A DNA stretch of 64,000 bases, the filler included, from Basidiobolus ranarum (lineage: Eukaryota), in assembly GCA_040143965.1 (NCBI GenBank). It is 28 parts of 28 records of this genome, joined end to end, with 100 filler letters (N's around TTAATTAATTAA, not from the genome) between each part and the next. Parts side by side here need not be neighbours in the genome. Positions count along the whole stretch, not along the records: positions 1 to 2,199 come from JASJQH010010520.1; positions 2,300 to 4,496 come from JASJQH010010521.1; positions 4,597 to 6,793 come from JASJQH010010522.1; positions 6,894 to 9,090 come from JASJQH010010523.1; positions 9,191 to 11,387 come from JASJQH010010524.1; positions 11,488 to 13,683 come from JASJQH010010525.1; 22 more parts are not named here. The stretch is one strand, 5' to 3'. Within the stretch, counting starts at the first letter, position 1. Each line of letters begins with the position of its first letter. A program made the position numbers and the translations under genes. Positions 1 to 13,452 of the stretch are shown here, in pieces. A model generated the notes under the pieces. That model did not search any database. It had not been told where the DNA came from and saw only the letters and a list, made by a program, of their open reading frames with translations.

Positions 1-2028
1 ATGGAAAAGATGCTCTATTAATATCTAATTGATTTTGATATTCCATGCATGAGGAGCCTGTTTCAGACCAGGTAGACTTCTCTGTAGCTTGCAAACTTGA
101 TGTTCTCTTCCTTTGCAATATATTCCTCTGGTTAATCTATTTATATATCTTCATTAATTTCTCCATTAAGAAATGCTGTTTTGACATCTATTTGTTCAAT
201 CAGTAATCCTCAGTGGGTAGCAATGGCTAGGATAACTCTGATTGAGGTAAACTTAGCAATGGGAGAAAATGTCACAGCCTAGTCAATGGCATGTTTTTAA
301 GCACAGCCTTTTACTACCAATCTTGCTTTGTACTGAATGATAGATCCATCTGAGGTAAGTTTCAGATTCAGCATCCATCTATTACCAACAGGTTTTCATC
401 CAATGGGTAAGTTCACAAAGATCCATGTGTTATTCATGATTAGGGAGTGAATTTCATCATCAGTGGCTTTGCTCCATTCTGTTGCTTCATCATATATCAG
501 AGCTTCTGTCAAATTTTCTAGTTCAGAAAATGCTATACGTGCAGATACATTCCACCCTTTTTCTGAGTTGAATCTGTTGATTTCTTGCTTTGATTCAAGA
601 TATCCAAAGTTCTTAGTAGAATGATTGGATGTTTCACTTACAGGATGTTTCTGATTTCCACTTGGTAGGATTTCTGAGACCTGATTGCCTGAATATTGTG
701 ATTGATTGAATACTTGTTATGATTGATTGCATATTTCCAATAATTAATTGCTTCCAATGTCAGCCAAATTGAGAGTAGGCTATTTCTTACATATATGATT
801 GGTCATAAAATTATTGCCTTGTTTCTGAGCCCAATTTTCTGCTTCCTGATTGGCTCAAAAAAATCCTTTTTCTGGTTACCATATTTTTCATTGGCAGAGA
901 TAAAATGCTGATTTCCAGAAGCTGGTTCCAAATTATCAGTATCCTCAGAGTGATTATCAGGTGTCCTTGTATGCATCGGTGCATTTCCTATGCCACCTAT
1001 TGTTTCGCTACTCATATAGCTGCTTGATTCCAGAATATCATAAAATGCTTTCTTCTCCTTGGTTTTGGTACTTGTGGTGAAGTTTGAGACAGGATTATTG
1101 CTTGTTAGTTATCTGCTTGGAATATTCATTCCAGGGATTGGAAATTATGTGAGCTTTGTCATGTATTCATTGGTGGCTGATATTTTTGACCTTGTCTCAA
1201 ATGTGATATTTTTTACATTGGGATAATGTTGATAGATAGTTTCAGATTCCAAATTTGGCATAATTCCAGTATCTATTTCCAATGTATCATTTTCCAAGTT
1301 TGTTTTGGCACTCATTAGCACAAGATTTGTTACAGAATTTGTTAACACAGAATTTGAGTTATTGAGAAATTGATTTTCAGCCAAAATCAAATTTCATTGA
1401 ATAGAAGATTTGAGATTTTCTTCAATGAATATAGTATCTCTGGAGTTGATGATTTCATTTGTGCCAGCAATTAGGAGACAGTAGCCTTTGTTGTGATATC
1501 CTGATAGGATAAATTTAATTGTCTGTTTGTCCAATATCCTATGCTGAGGTTTAGGAATATCTGCACATACTATTGATCCAAATTTTCTGAGATGATTCAG
1601 ATTAGGCTTGTATCCAGTCCAGATTTCAATAGGAGGTTTAGAGTCATGGTTGCTATATATTGACCTTCTATTTTGGAGATATGTAGCTGTTAAAATAGCT
1701 TCACCCTAATAGGTCTTGGGCAGATCTGAATCAATCAGTATTGTATTTGCTTTCTCTACTAAAGTTCTATTTATCCTTTCTGCAACTACATTGTGTTCTG
1801 CGCTATGTGGAATAGTAAATTGCTGTTGAATTCCCTTTTCTGCACAAAAGCTAGTCATGGCTTCATTGCTAAATTCAGTTCCATTCTCACTTCATAGATA
1901 TTGGATTTTTCTTCCTATTACAGTTGTGACTATTGCTCCAGAAATCTTGAAATATTGAAACACTTCTCCTTTGCTCAACAGAAGATATGAAACTGTCAAG
2001 TTAGATTATCATTGATAAAGATGATCAA
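1..2028 (-). mobile_element. Degenerate Ty1/copia pol fragment (integrase to RT)
   Basis: Minus-strand motifs FTIPHSAEHNVVAERINRTLVE (integrase), ARLVVKG and DVKTAFLNGEI (copia RT), in IN-then-RT order; many stops. Confidence 0.9.
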
Positions 2029-2199
2029 TGTCATGATTCTGATCTTGGTGTACTGATCCACTGCAAATAGAACTCTTCTATTATTAGATTATGACATCAT
2101 ATCAGCTGGGCCATCCCTTCTTGGCAATCTGGTGTTAGTTCATCCGGATTACCTTGTATGGAAGTCAGGGGCTTTGGAACATTCCATGAAACCTAACCA
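2029..2199 (+). repeat. 5' part of gypsy/chromovirus LTR inserted in copia integrase
   Basis: Starts TGTCATGATTCTGATCTTGG and matches the complete LTR at 58574-59108. Confidence 0.85.
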
Positions 2200-2299
2200 N
2201 NNNNNNNNNNNNNNNNNNNNNNNNNNNNNNNNNNNNNNNNNNNTTAATTAATTAANNNNNNNNNNNNNNNNNNNNNNNNNNNNNNNNNNNNNNNNNNNN
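2200..2299. other. Artificial contig linker (44 N + TTAATTAATTAA + 44 N), first of 27 copies
   Basis: The same 100-bp linker with six-frame stops recurs every ~2.29 kb (4497, 6794, 9091, 11388, 13684 ... 59480, 61760). Contig lengths never increase along the window. Confidence 0.99.
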
Positions 2300-2597
2300 C
2301 ACTTTTTGAAGTACTGTGTTATCTTATAATTCACTAAGATATTCTCAATTGAAACTTACTTGGAATATTTTAACAACTTAGAAGTTCTCAGATATATAGA
2401 TTTTTCAAACTTGTGCTAGTAGCCCCAAACTTTAAACACACATTCCTAGGACCTTCTTTAACACATTTTACATGTTAGTTTGCTTATATCTTGACAAAAC
2501 TATAAATGTCAACTTTCTACTCAATAAAGCAACAAGTGAAAACCACCAATTTCTCTAATTCTCCAAACACTTCCAACAGGTACCCAAATACTTCAAC
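2300..2597 (+). repeat. Copia LTR family A (partial)
   Basis: Matches 37632-37978 and ends AAATACTTCAACA. Confidence 0.85.
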
Positions 2598-4596
2598 AAG
2601 TACTACATTACGTTGATCAGGATCCAAGCAGGGTCATCTGGGATTAATTTTATATGGCTACTTGGATATCCTTTGTGTAAATCTATATGCTAGAAAGAGA
2701 TGCATTACAAAGCTCTTTGATTGCACTATAAGAGTAACATTGTTGATAAGGCCCTACTATGTTGGCAACAGTTATAAGAGCATGAGAAGTTTTCATACTT
2801 GAAAATGATGGATATTAAAGAAAGATCAGGTAAAGGAGATATTGAATGGTGAGAAGTGACATTAAACTATTTGGAAAGAGTGACAAATAATGAATATATA
2901 AATAAACTCCATTTCTCAATCACTCAGAGAAGGTTGGGGAATAGTTATTTTTTTGTAAAAGTATATTCTGAGTAAGCAAGTTACATTAAAAAAGAAAGTC
3001 TAGATTTTACAAAAGTACTAGTATTCCTATATCAAGCCTAAGCATTTTTAAAAATTTCAAGAATTATGAAAAAGTAGTGATTTTTAATGCCATTTTGCTG
3101 TTTCAAGCTGTTGCCAAATTTGCAAAGCATTTCATACTATCACTGATTTGAAAGCTAGCATGGTGATATTTGTATATTATGTAGCTTAATAGTAAAGCTC
3201 TACGCAGCTATCTTGTATATCAAGTTTATAAAATCAAGTATAGCAGCAATATCCACCCATTCAGTTGTTTGGCAACAGTTCAAATGCTGCCAAATGGACA
3301 GTATGTAGCAGACGTAAATCAGTTTGTGTAAGATATGATAGATATGTGGGGGTAAATAGACTTAGAAGAGATATAGATGTAGAGATATTCCAAATTAGAA
3401 TATAGGGACGATAGATACAACTTTTTCTTGTTTCCGACATACGTTCCATAACCAAAGTTAACTAAAATGTTGAATAAATATCATAATTCATAGGAGATGG
3501 GTTGAGTGTGGTATACTCACAATCAGATTTACATCAATTCTATAAAGAGTAGCTCAGAATCAACCTCGACATACTTATTTTGTATTATTTGGGTTACTAC
3601 AAATTAATATAATCTGAAAGATATGGCATTCGAAATTCACACATCGAGCCAATGGGATTTGATGTTCTAGAGAAGCCACGATTATGCAATTTTAGAGTCA
3701 GTTTTGTCAGATCACGCCAAGTACCGAAAAAAATCCAAGCTGGTGGGCCTGACAAAACTCATGCTAATTGATTGGAATCGAATCAAAATACGTGGTACAA
3801 GAATATATAGTAGTTTCTGAAAGCTCAATACATACTTCGTGCGGATTTGTAAACTTTTTGTTTGGAGAGTACAACACCGCCGGATCTAATACAAGGTTTG
3901 GCCAGCAATACAAGTATTACTGTATCACTATTGGTGTCGTAAGAATGGAAGAAATGTAGTCAAAAAACGCCTTTCTGTGCTCATCGGCATTTACCAGAGA
4001 GAGACGCCTTTAACTACGCTATTTCATATGGTATGCTTGGATTCATAGAGACCTATTGAGACTGGCAGTTTCATACCTTATGTGGTACATAAGCCCTAGT
4101 GAATCCTCATGATGGTTGGTGACACTCTACCTTGGGTTGAGATCAAGATATATCTCTCAATCCTGGCTGTAGAACCATATGGCTTCCAGGGTTGCTATTC
4201 AAGATATCTTCAGCTCCTCAGGTACAACTCACCGGACATCTTTACATTTCCACGCTTTCATTTCAAACGATCTCCCTTGATTGTAGGTATAGTCACCTTG
4301 GCTATAAGTATCGGGTTATCTCGTTAGATACGTTCCTCGGCGCATCTCTTATCACTTGACGATATAAAGTGTAAAAATTTTACATATTGGAGCAGGTATC
4401 AAATCAGCCAGATTTAGACAAACCGTGGCCAATTATTTACTGGAGTTAGTGTTTACGATCTTAAATTTCATCATGTGTTTGCTAGATTTCCGGATANNNN
4501 NNNNNNNNNNNNNNNNNNNNNNNNNNNNNNNNNNNNNNNNTTAATTAATTAANNNNNNNNNNNNNNNNNNNNNNNNNNNNNNNNNNNNNNNNNNNN

Positions 4597-4915
4597 AGAA
4601 CTCTACAAAAATATTCCAGAGCATATAACAAAGAGACTAGGGATTTCAAAGATGACAAATTAGCATTCAAGTGGTAATTGTGTAAAATTTGAGTTATGTT
4701 TTTTGCACATGTGTTGATCCATAGTTCACCAAGATTGTAGCCAATCATGCACAGCTATTCTGCAAGATCTTGAAATTTCACTCCTGACACTAAAAAAATT
4801 GATTAAAATCAAGTCTAACTTGACCATTTTATGAACGTAAGTAAATGGTCAGTCCCAAATGAATTAAAATTGTGATGGTTTTCCTAAAATAACAATCCTT
4901 AAATTTCTGTCAAGG
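4597..4915 (-). mobile_element. CACTA-like element, putative second terminal region
   Basis: Reverse-complement match to 17935-18274; terminus reads CCTTGACAGAAATTT, a decayed CCCTAACAGAAATTT. Confidence 0.6.
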
Positions 4916-6793
4916 ACTTGAGTCCATATAGTGATATTTGCAGTTCATAGACCATGTCAGGATGTTTTGTGTCAACAAATTCATCTGGTTGGTCAATTTA
5001 TATTTCATCTTCTTGATTTTCATTGCAAAAAACTTTTTACACCCATTTTATGTAAATCAAGGTTATGGGTAGGCAAGAGTGTAAAGATTGATCTAATTGA
5101 GTTAAACTTGGGTACTGGAGCAAATATTTCATTAATATCAACTTCTGGAATCTAGGAATAAACTTTTGCAATAAATCTTGCTTTTTTCCTCTTTATGATT
5201 CCATCAGCTTTTTATTGACATTACAGACCTAGTTACTACCTATTGGCTTAATTTGTGATTGTAGAGGACTTGCAACACAAGTTTTGTTGGCATGAAGTAA
5301 AAAAAAATATTGTATATTATTGTTTCGATAGTTTTAATTCCAGAAACTCCAGAGCTTGATCTGAAGTCTGTGGCTTATGACAAAATATGACCTGAGCATA
5401 GACAGCATCATTGGAAATGTTCCACTAGTTCCCTTACTTATTACTGGATGATCTTCCTGGCCTGAATCAGCTTCTGAAGTAATTGAGCTGAATTTAGGTT
5501 CAACTGGGCTCTGATATAGCTTGATTGGTTAGACCCTTCTTGACTAGTGCTGATTGTGTTTTTGGAAACAAGTACACTGATTTGAGGTGAAATATTGGCT
5601 TCATCACCAAAATCACACTTCAGAACTTAATTAATTTCTAATTTGTGGTATCAACCAGTTCTTAAGGCAGATCATTCATAGTAACCAATATAAATGCATT
5701 CACTGATTTTGGTCTCCAATTTGGCATGTTTCTGAGTTGGATATAGGCAATATGTTGTGTAATCAAAGATCCTGAGATGATACACACTTGGTTTTGATCC
5801 ATATAGGTCTTCACCTGGAGCAGAATTTTGGAGCAATCTTGTTGGGTGTTGGTTTTTGATATATACTGCAGTGGTGACCAATTCAGTTCCATATTGGTAA
5901 TTAAACCTTTTATTATGTAACATTGATCTTGCAATCTCCACTGTGGATCTATTAGCACTTTTAGCAACTTCATTTTGATGAGAAGTACAGGGCCAAGTAG
6001 TATATGCTTAATTCTATGTTTGGAAAAAAAACTAGCAAAATCTTTAATGAAAAATTCTCCAAGATTGGTCTTGTTTACCATGATAGTGCCAGATTGTGTT
6101 GTATATTTCATATTGGATAAATTAATCTGAAAGTTATGCAACACAATTTGGCACTATGCAGCATCCTATGGCATGAGCAATTTCAATGACATTTACTCTA
6201 ATACAATTAACCAAAGCCCAATAAAATCAGACACAAAGGAACTAGTCCACTTTGACTCCTCAATACTCATATTTTTGGTGCTGATTCTTTCTCTGCCATT
6301 GCTTTGTAGTGGGTGAATGTAGATAAGAGTGCATATTTTGTCTGAGAAAGAATATCCAAGTATATTTTGTTTTGTCATCAGTAAAGGTCACAAAGTACCT
6401 TTAGCCACCCAGTGAGACATTTTCATAGGCCTACCTAGGCTGAAACAAGCTGACTTTAAATCATTTGGGTCATTTTTGTTCCCCAATGTGGGCTGATCTT
6501 CTATGCCATGTTTGAAAATCTATTTCAATGGTTTTAGCAAAGTTTACTTGCTCAGAATGCTATATGTTGATTTCTGGCATTTATAAGTTTTGGGTATTTA
6601 TCCAGAAGCTAAGGTACTATTCTGATATGTGAAAGTACATCCGGCCATGCTGAACACAAAATTTAGTCCTTGAACTGTTGCTTGGGATTATGGAGAGTAG
6701 ATTTGTGGCTATATTTGATGCATAGAGGACAATGTCCAATTTTGCAGAAAGTGTAGCTGATTCATGGTATGAACTGGCCACAACTATACCCTT
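4916..6793 (-). mobile_element. Degenerate Ty1/copia pol (GAG-pre-integrase, integrase, RT start)
   Basis: MEIARSMLH...TAVYIKN...KPSVYHLRIF and CIYIGY motifs; similar to 27730-29741 and 45113-45771. Confidence 0.88.
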
Positions 6794-7279
6794 NNNNNNN
6801 NNNNNNNNNNNNNNNNNNNNNNNNNNNNNNNNNNNNNTTAATTAATTAANNNNNNNNNNNNNNNNNNNNNNNNNNNNNNNNNNNNNNNNNNNNATAATTT
6901 ATTTTAAATTTTTCACAAATTAATCTTTCTCAGATCTTCTTCCAAACTTTACGAAATATATTTTAAATCTTTTACAAAAATTATTTTTCAACCCTAATTC
7001 TTACCTAACTATAATTGAGTGTATGGTTCGTTCAGAAGGCTGACTTCTTTAATATGAAAAGTTATCCAAATGGAAACTTACATTTTTTGCAAACCATGTT
7101 ACTGCTGAAAAAAGTGGAAGGGTACCGCGGTAGTGGTCAAGTTCAGGGTTCGTGTCAAGTATCCCGTATCTATGGTGAACAAAAAAATCCGATCACATGA
7201 CCTGGGTTGATCCCTTTCTGCTTATTCATTGTCGATTCCCTTCATTCATTGCGGTAAAGTTTGTTTAGCATTCACTATA

Positions 7280-7565
7280 ATGTTGAAAATGACATAGCTT
7301 AAGCATCTATATAGTCATTTAGCTAGCTACCTAGATTTCACTATGTTATCATGCAATATCTTCATGAGGAATTTACTTGGAAGTTCGAAGATTATATGAT
7401 TTTCTCAAACTTGTCCAAAAGACCCCAAACTTTGTACTCTTCATGTTAGTTTATCTACTTCTTGCCCAAGTATAAATGTCAATTTGCACTCAATAAATAA
7501 GCAAGTGAAAACCAATTCATCTAGTTCTCCAAATCACTTCTATAAAATCCCAAAATACTTCAACA
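7280..7565 (+). repeat. Copia LTR family A variant; related minus-strand copies at ~8110-8702
   Basis: TGTTGAAA...AATACTTCAACA, sharing the TATAAATGTCAA and CAATAAA core with family A. Confidence 0.75.
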
Positions 7566-10211
7566 TATGATTCAAGGATTACCTTTTGAGTCATTGAATG
7601 ACTCAACCTACTGTACTGTTGGGTTACTCTTCAGCAGCCTAGTAGTACATATTGAGTGTTGACCATACATAATGGCCCATCTGAGGCAATTTACTGCTCC
7701 TGCATAATTGAAACAGAGCGAGTTATAAAAGCAAAGGGTTCATTTTTCATCCATTCTCTATACTACAGAGGTGGTAGAATATCTGTTGCCATATGGTCCT
7801 ACAGAAATTTTGGATGTAATTCTTGTTTGCCTTTCCTTGATACATTTGTTGGGGTACTGAAATTGACCTGTTTCCTCCATACATTAAAATCTATGCTGCA
7901 GCCTTTCATGTTTGTAACAATGCATGTATCATCTATCTATAATCTATGCTAACACTTAAATGAAGATTGAACTTCAATGCCATCAATACCAAGTAATAAT
8001 AGTATAGTATGCATCAGCTTTGAATATGGACAATATAGCCATCAAAATCATATACTCTATCAGGACTTGCCCTGATATAATAAAGTACCATTGCCTGAAT
8101 CCTTTCAAAGTGTTGAGGTAGTTTGGAAGTTGTTGGAGGTGCTTTAGAGAAGTAGAAGAATTGGTGGTTTTTGCTTGCTTATTTATTGAGTGTAAATTGA
8201 CATTTAAACTTTCATCAAGAAGCAGGTGAACTAACATGAAGAGTACAAAGTTTGAGGTCTTTTGCACAAGTTTGAGAGAATAACATAATCTTCAAACTTC
8301 CAAGTAAATTCCTCATGAAGATAATGCATGATAACATATTGAAATTTAGGTAGCTAGCTAGATGACTATATAGATGCTTAAGCTATTTCATTTTTGTTGA
8401 AGCATTCTAAGAGTTTGTTGGAAGTGGTTTGGAGAACTAGAAGAATTGGTGGTTTTCACTTATTAATTTATTGGGTTAAAAAGTTGATATTTGTAGTTTC
8501 GTCAAGATGTAAACAAAATAATGTGTAGAATGTGTTAAAGAAGGTCCCAGGAACATGTGTGGAAAGTTTAGGGCTTCTAGCACAAGTTTGAAAAATATTC
8601 AAAGTAAATTCCTCTTGAGGTGATATCTTGGTTCAATATGGAATAACTAAATACTAAGCTATATATGACTATATAGATGTTTAGGTTATATTAGTTTCAA
8701 CATTTTCAACACAAAGTAGCCACGACAGCACCTAACGAATTGACAAAAAATCCATACTGAATGTCAATTGCAAAATATCCCAAGGGTATAGTTCCGCAGA
8801 TTCACATGTAGAGTATAGGGAACAGTTCAAATGCAAATAGCTCCGAAACTCATATATACTAATATCTTGAAATATACTGGCTGAGTATAAAAGTGACGAT
8901 GGTGCTATGTAATCATTACTACCTCAACAAATGATGAATCAATTGAAGACTAAACTAAGAGGCACTTTCTTGAGTTCAACCTCGGCCGCACCATGTCAAA
9001 TTCTGGAAATCATTACAACCATTATTCGCTACATTCCACTAACTGAATTTATGTAGTCCGAGAAAGGTATATGCCAAAATATCTTGCCTTNNNNNNNNNN
9101 NNNNNNNNNNNNNNNNNNNNNNNNNNNNNNNNNNTTAATTAATTAANNNNNNNNNNNNNNNNNNNNNNNNNNNNNNNNNNNNNNNNNNNNACCTTGCCAA
9201 GAGTCGTCGTAGGTGGGGGGTAACAGGGGCGGGATGATGTCCATAGAATCAATGGTCCATATTTGGAATGGCTATCTGGCCAAAGCGGTTGCATATTTGG
9301 TAAATCGAATTTCCGAAATTGGAACCTTAGCAATTTGGGTTGTTAGTTTCGTAATATTTCCGAAATCTAAAGCTGGTCAATTGACTGACGGAATTCTAAA
9401 CTATTCACTGTTGACTTACGTATTCTTCCCACTAGTTACTAAAGCGGATCTATAGAACGCAAAATTCACTTTCCACGCCCATGTACTTGGAGTCCCATAT
9501 TAAAAATATATGTATATTATTACTTAATCCATCGACTGAAATGAGTTATCGCGTAGTTTGGTTTAAAATGAAAAGTGCCCGCATATTGCGGTATTGAAGG
9601 AGAAGCTTAAATACTAACCGGTATAGTCTAACAGTAACCCGAAACACTGAGAAAAATCAAATTACAGGGGCTCTTGGGATAATAGCATTGTTGACAAATG
9701 TAACAGGAGGCGACCAGACCCTTCATCGCTGTACTTGGCAATATGGCCAGTGCTGGTGGTTGGGGCTGGGAATCAATGCTCTGATAGGAGTGAAGATTAG
9801 TTTGGTTACGGTAATCTCCAATATGCTCTTTACCAGATATGGAGCCTTAGCTGTTGGAATCACAATATCTTTCTTCTGTTTCAATTATAGTATTAAAATT
9901 GTTCAAACTCTAACCACTGCCAGGTGACTCGAGAGAGATTAAGAACATGCAACTAGCATTGCCTAACCCCTGAAATTCTTGGAAGGAATTAGGGTTAGGA
10001 GGATGATGAACACCACAGGGTGTAATATTTATTTAATAATTAGATAAACAACTATTAAACAAATAAGCCAATGTAGCATAATATGCTAACAACAAAAGTT
10101 GAAGTTAAAATATAAAGAAAATTAAGAAGTATGGAAATACTGAGGTTAGTTGAAAACCTTAGAGTTAGCTATTTCCCATAGATGTTAAACGTCAAAGTCT
10201 AGTGGAGAATG

Positions 10212-10787
10212 TGTTGAAATTAGCTTTGCCTAAACGCCTATATAGTCATATATAGCTTAGTACTTAGTTATCTTATAATTTACCAAGATATTTTCCATTA
10301 TTCTCAATTGGAATTTACTTAGAAGTTCTCAGATATATAGATTTTTCAAACTTGTGCTAGAAGCTCCAAACTTTGCACACATGTTCCTGGGACCTTCCTT
10401 AACACATTCAACATGTTTGCTTGTTTACATCTTGACAAAGCTATAAATGTCAATGCTCTACTCAATAAATCAATAAGTGAAAAACACTAATTCCTCTAAT
10501 TCTCATTTAAATAAAACATCACCAATTATTCTCAGTTGGAATTTTCTTAGAATACTTCTACCAACCTAGAAGTTCTCAGATATATAGATTTTTCAAACTT
10601 GTGCTTGAAGCCCTAAACTTTGCACACATGTTCCTGAGATCTTCCTTACCATATTCTACATGTTAGTTTGTTTACATCTCGACAAAACTATAAATGTCAA
10701 CTTTCTACTCAATAAATCAATAAGTGAAAATCACCAATTCCTCTAATTCTCCAAAGCACTTCCAACAGCCTCCCAAATACTTTAAAA
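10212..10787 (+). repeat. Copia LTR family A, 5' LTR with an internal duplication
   Basis: TGTTGAAATTAGC start; the block AGAAGTTCTCAGATATATAG...TTCCTCTAATTCTC occurs twice; followed by PBS-like TGTTATGAGCC (10788-10798). Confidence 0.85.
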
Positions 10788-10829
10788 TGTTATGAGCCAC
10801 AATCTTGCACTCTCTGTAATGTTCACTTC

Positions 10830-11387
10830 TCAAATTTATGGGGCTTTTCCCTCCACTGAAAAATTGGATGGAACCAATTATCAAGTTTGGAGAAATAAAA
10901 CAAAAATGTAGCTGCAAGAAAAAGGACTTTGGGACACTGTTGTAGGAGAAGAAAACAATGCTAAACTATCTGAAACCAAAGTTTTACTCCAGGTTAAAAA
11001 AGAACAAAGTGCCTTTAACACAACTTGTCTTAATGTTAAAGACAAATTGCTAATTCAATGTTCAACAGCTAAAAATGCCAAGAAGGTATGGAAAGCCTTG
11101 GAAGAAACCTACCAAATAGGTTCTGCTGCCAACAAGATGTTTCTAAGAAGACAATTCTTTAACTGAAAGATGAAGCCAGGAGAAGACATTAAATCAGTAA
11201 TTAATAATGTCACTATTTTAGTGGATGAAATGGAATGCATTGGAGTACCTACCACTGATCAAGATATCATAGTTACAGTCCTGAATAGCCTGCCACATGA
11301 GTTTCAGAGCCTAGTAATGGCTCTAGAATCAAGAACTGAAAATTTGTCCTTAAATTATTTATTTGGCAGACTTCTGGATGAAGATTT
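10830..11387 (+). mobile_element. Ty1/copia gag (UBN2-type), disrupted
   Basis: KLDGTNYQVWRNKTKM*LQEKGLWDTV...ANKMFLRRQFF...VLNSLPHEFQSLVMALESR, directly after the LTR and PBS. Confidence 0.88.
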
Positions 11388-12575
11388 NNNNNNNNNNNNN
11401 NNNNNNNNNNNNNNNNNNNNNNNNNNNNNNNTTAATTAATTAANNNNNNNNNNNNNNNNNNNNNNNNNNNNNNNNNNNNNNNNNNNNATTAGCTTTCATT
11501 TTCTTTTCTCTCTTTAGGTATCTCGGACAGTACCTTAATAGACCATGGCATTTTACAGTTGGCATCTTGTTTCTTCTAAAAACTCTCAGAATTGGAAAAA
11601 TTCAAAACTGTTCCAAACCCGAGAGCTCACATTCGGGGCAAAAACTGAAAGTGTGGAACTCGCCTGAGGCACTTTGACTTTGCCGGTTGTTCCATCTCTG
11701 ACCTGTTTGTCAACAAGAGACAAAAAGACTTCACGAAAAATCTTTTGCCACATATTCTTTCAAGCCAAATCATTGTCTTTGGCATAAAATTATGTATGTG
11801 AGAGGTTATTTTAAAGATAAATTAGTTTGTTGATGACATGTGTGTTAGAATGTAGCAGAGTGATTTGTAAAAAGAAGATCGATCAATTTATTAGGAAGTG
11901 CACACAATATATATATTGATTGAGTCATGTAACGCATTTACACTTGATTCAATTTGCATTTAATCAGTCTAATTGATTTCATCCGACATGATCTAAGTTG
12001 ACTCATTTCTTAACAATATGTGGATATGATCAATTGATTCAGAAACGAGATAGCTTAGTTACATTCGTCTGAATGCTTTTCTATGATTGTCTAATTATTT
12101 TTTGTAATCGTCTAATTTTAGGTTAAAACCCTGTAATAAGTGTACTTTAGACATAAGAAACATCAATCATTGCTCAGATATAACAAGTATTTTGATGTCA
12201 ATCAGACCTAGGTACTCAGCAAAGTTCTTTGTAAAATTAAAAGCTTCTTATGAAAATGGCTAGACAAATGTACCATATTCAGTCTACATTTGCTATGAGC
12301 TAAATGTACAGTGCTGCTCTAATTTCTATATTTATTTATCGCTGAAAAATGAAAAGTAAATTTAGGCTCAAATCAAATGGCATTTAAGTTAAGTAGGCTC
12401 ATATTCAAACTACTTGATTCCACTCCCAAGATGAATACCCGAAATCAGCAATAGAAGCTGTGAGAAGTTCTCAATATGCTCGGAATTTGTGCGACTTGCT
12501 AGACTTGTAATTGCTCGAAAAGATCAAGATATTACATATACCTAGCTTATTGAATCTTGTGCAGGAGTAAGGATA

Positions 12576-13452
12576 TTATCCATAATCCCGGTAATACCAA
12601 GTGTGTTCAATACTTATAAAACTATTCCATATGATAGACTGTCTTTTTTTGCTGGCAGTATTGGTCGTGGTTCTGCTTGGGTGAAACAACTTTCCAAAGC
12701 AAAAAGGACTCGTTTTTTATACATACTGACGTATACAAACCATGCTTCTTTGCTTTCCAAATGCCTCCCTGTCGTGAATGCCCGTTTATTCGATATCCAA
12801 CACCATTCCCTCGGTCTCCAACAAAAATAGTTGGCAGGGCATTGTCACGAGACGAAACATAACGGCACTCTTTTGCGCAGAGCCAGTCAACATACTTTTG
12901 CTTTTGCAGTTCGCATGTTTGTTTGCGTTTGATTTGTTTAGGACTGTAATAAAAGCCCTAAGCCGAGTTTTGAAACTCGTCGGAATCTATGTTTTCTACG
13001 GCATGTGAGCTTAGTGTACTTATATACTGCAACGACTTGAAAATGAAAACTACTCATCAAGATTTATAGTTACCTGTTTCCTGCTCCAAAACTGAATACA
13101 TGTTGTATGGTTTTAAACTGAATTCAAACTTTTTCGTGGAAAGGCTTGCTGTTTCAGTCATTGTATGAAATCCATTGTCAGTGCCAGAGAATACTACGCT
13201 TTTGGAATGAGCAAACCCCTCATCGATTCCAATGTTTTCTACTTTACCAATGTACTTGTAATTTTCTTTACTTATCAAAGCCTTCTTTGCAATAGGAGCT
13301 GGTGTATGTGACTGGAAGTCTTGTGTTTTCTGACGGAGTGTACTTGCTCTTAGTTTGGACAAAGTTCCTTTCGTGCGAAGTAGCATTATAAATTGATATT
13401 CATACTCCCCAAATACTGGCAAGTGAATATATCTATTGTGGCTACAATACAA
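12576..13452 (-). pseudogene. Disrupted Fanzor1 (eukaryotic TnpB/Cas12-like RNA-guided endonuclease), RuvC region
   Basis: Three collinear segments: VVFSGTDNGFHTMTETASLSTKKFEFSLKPYNMY (RuvC-I-like D at 13177-13179); FYYSPKQIKRKQTCELQKQKYVDWLCAKECRY...PTIFVGDRGNGVGYRINGHSRQGGIWKAKKHGLYTSVCIKNE (12957-12709, RuvC-II-like E); and, after a frameshift, FCFGKLFHP (half zinc finger). Pattern recalled from Mucorales-type Fanzor1 proteins. Confidence 0.75.

Noticed and set aside
3550-4350. Coding-like, CpG-containing stretch
   Set aside because: All frames are interrupted and I could not support a motif or splice model.
9191-9244. Possible first exon MDIIPPLLPPTYDDSWQG on the minus strand
   Set aside because: Only 18 codons before the contig end; unidentifiable.
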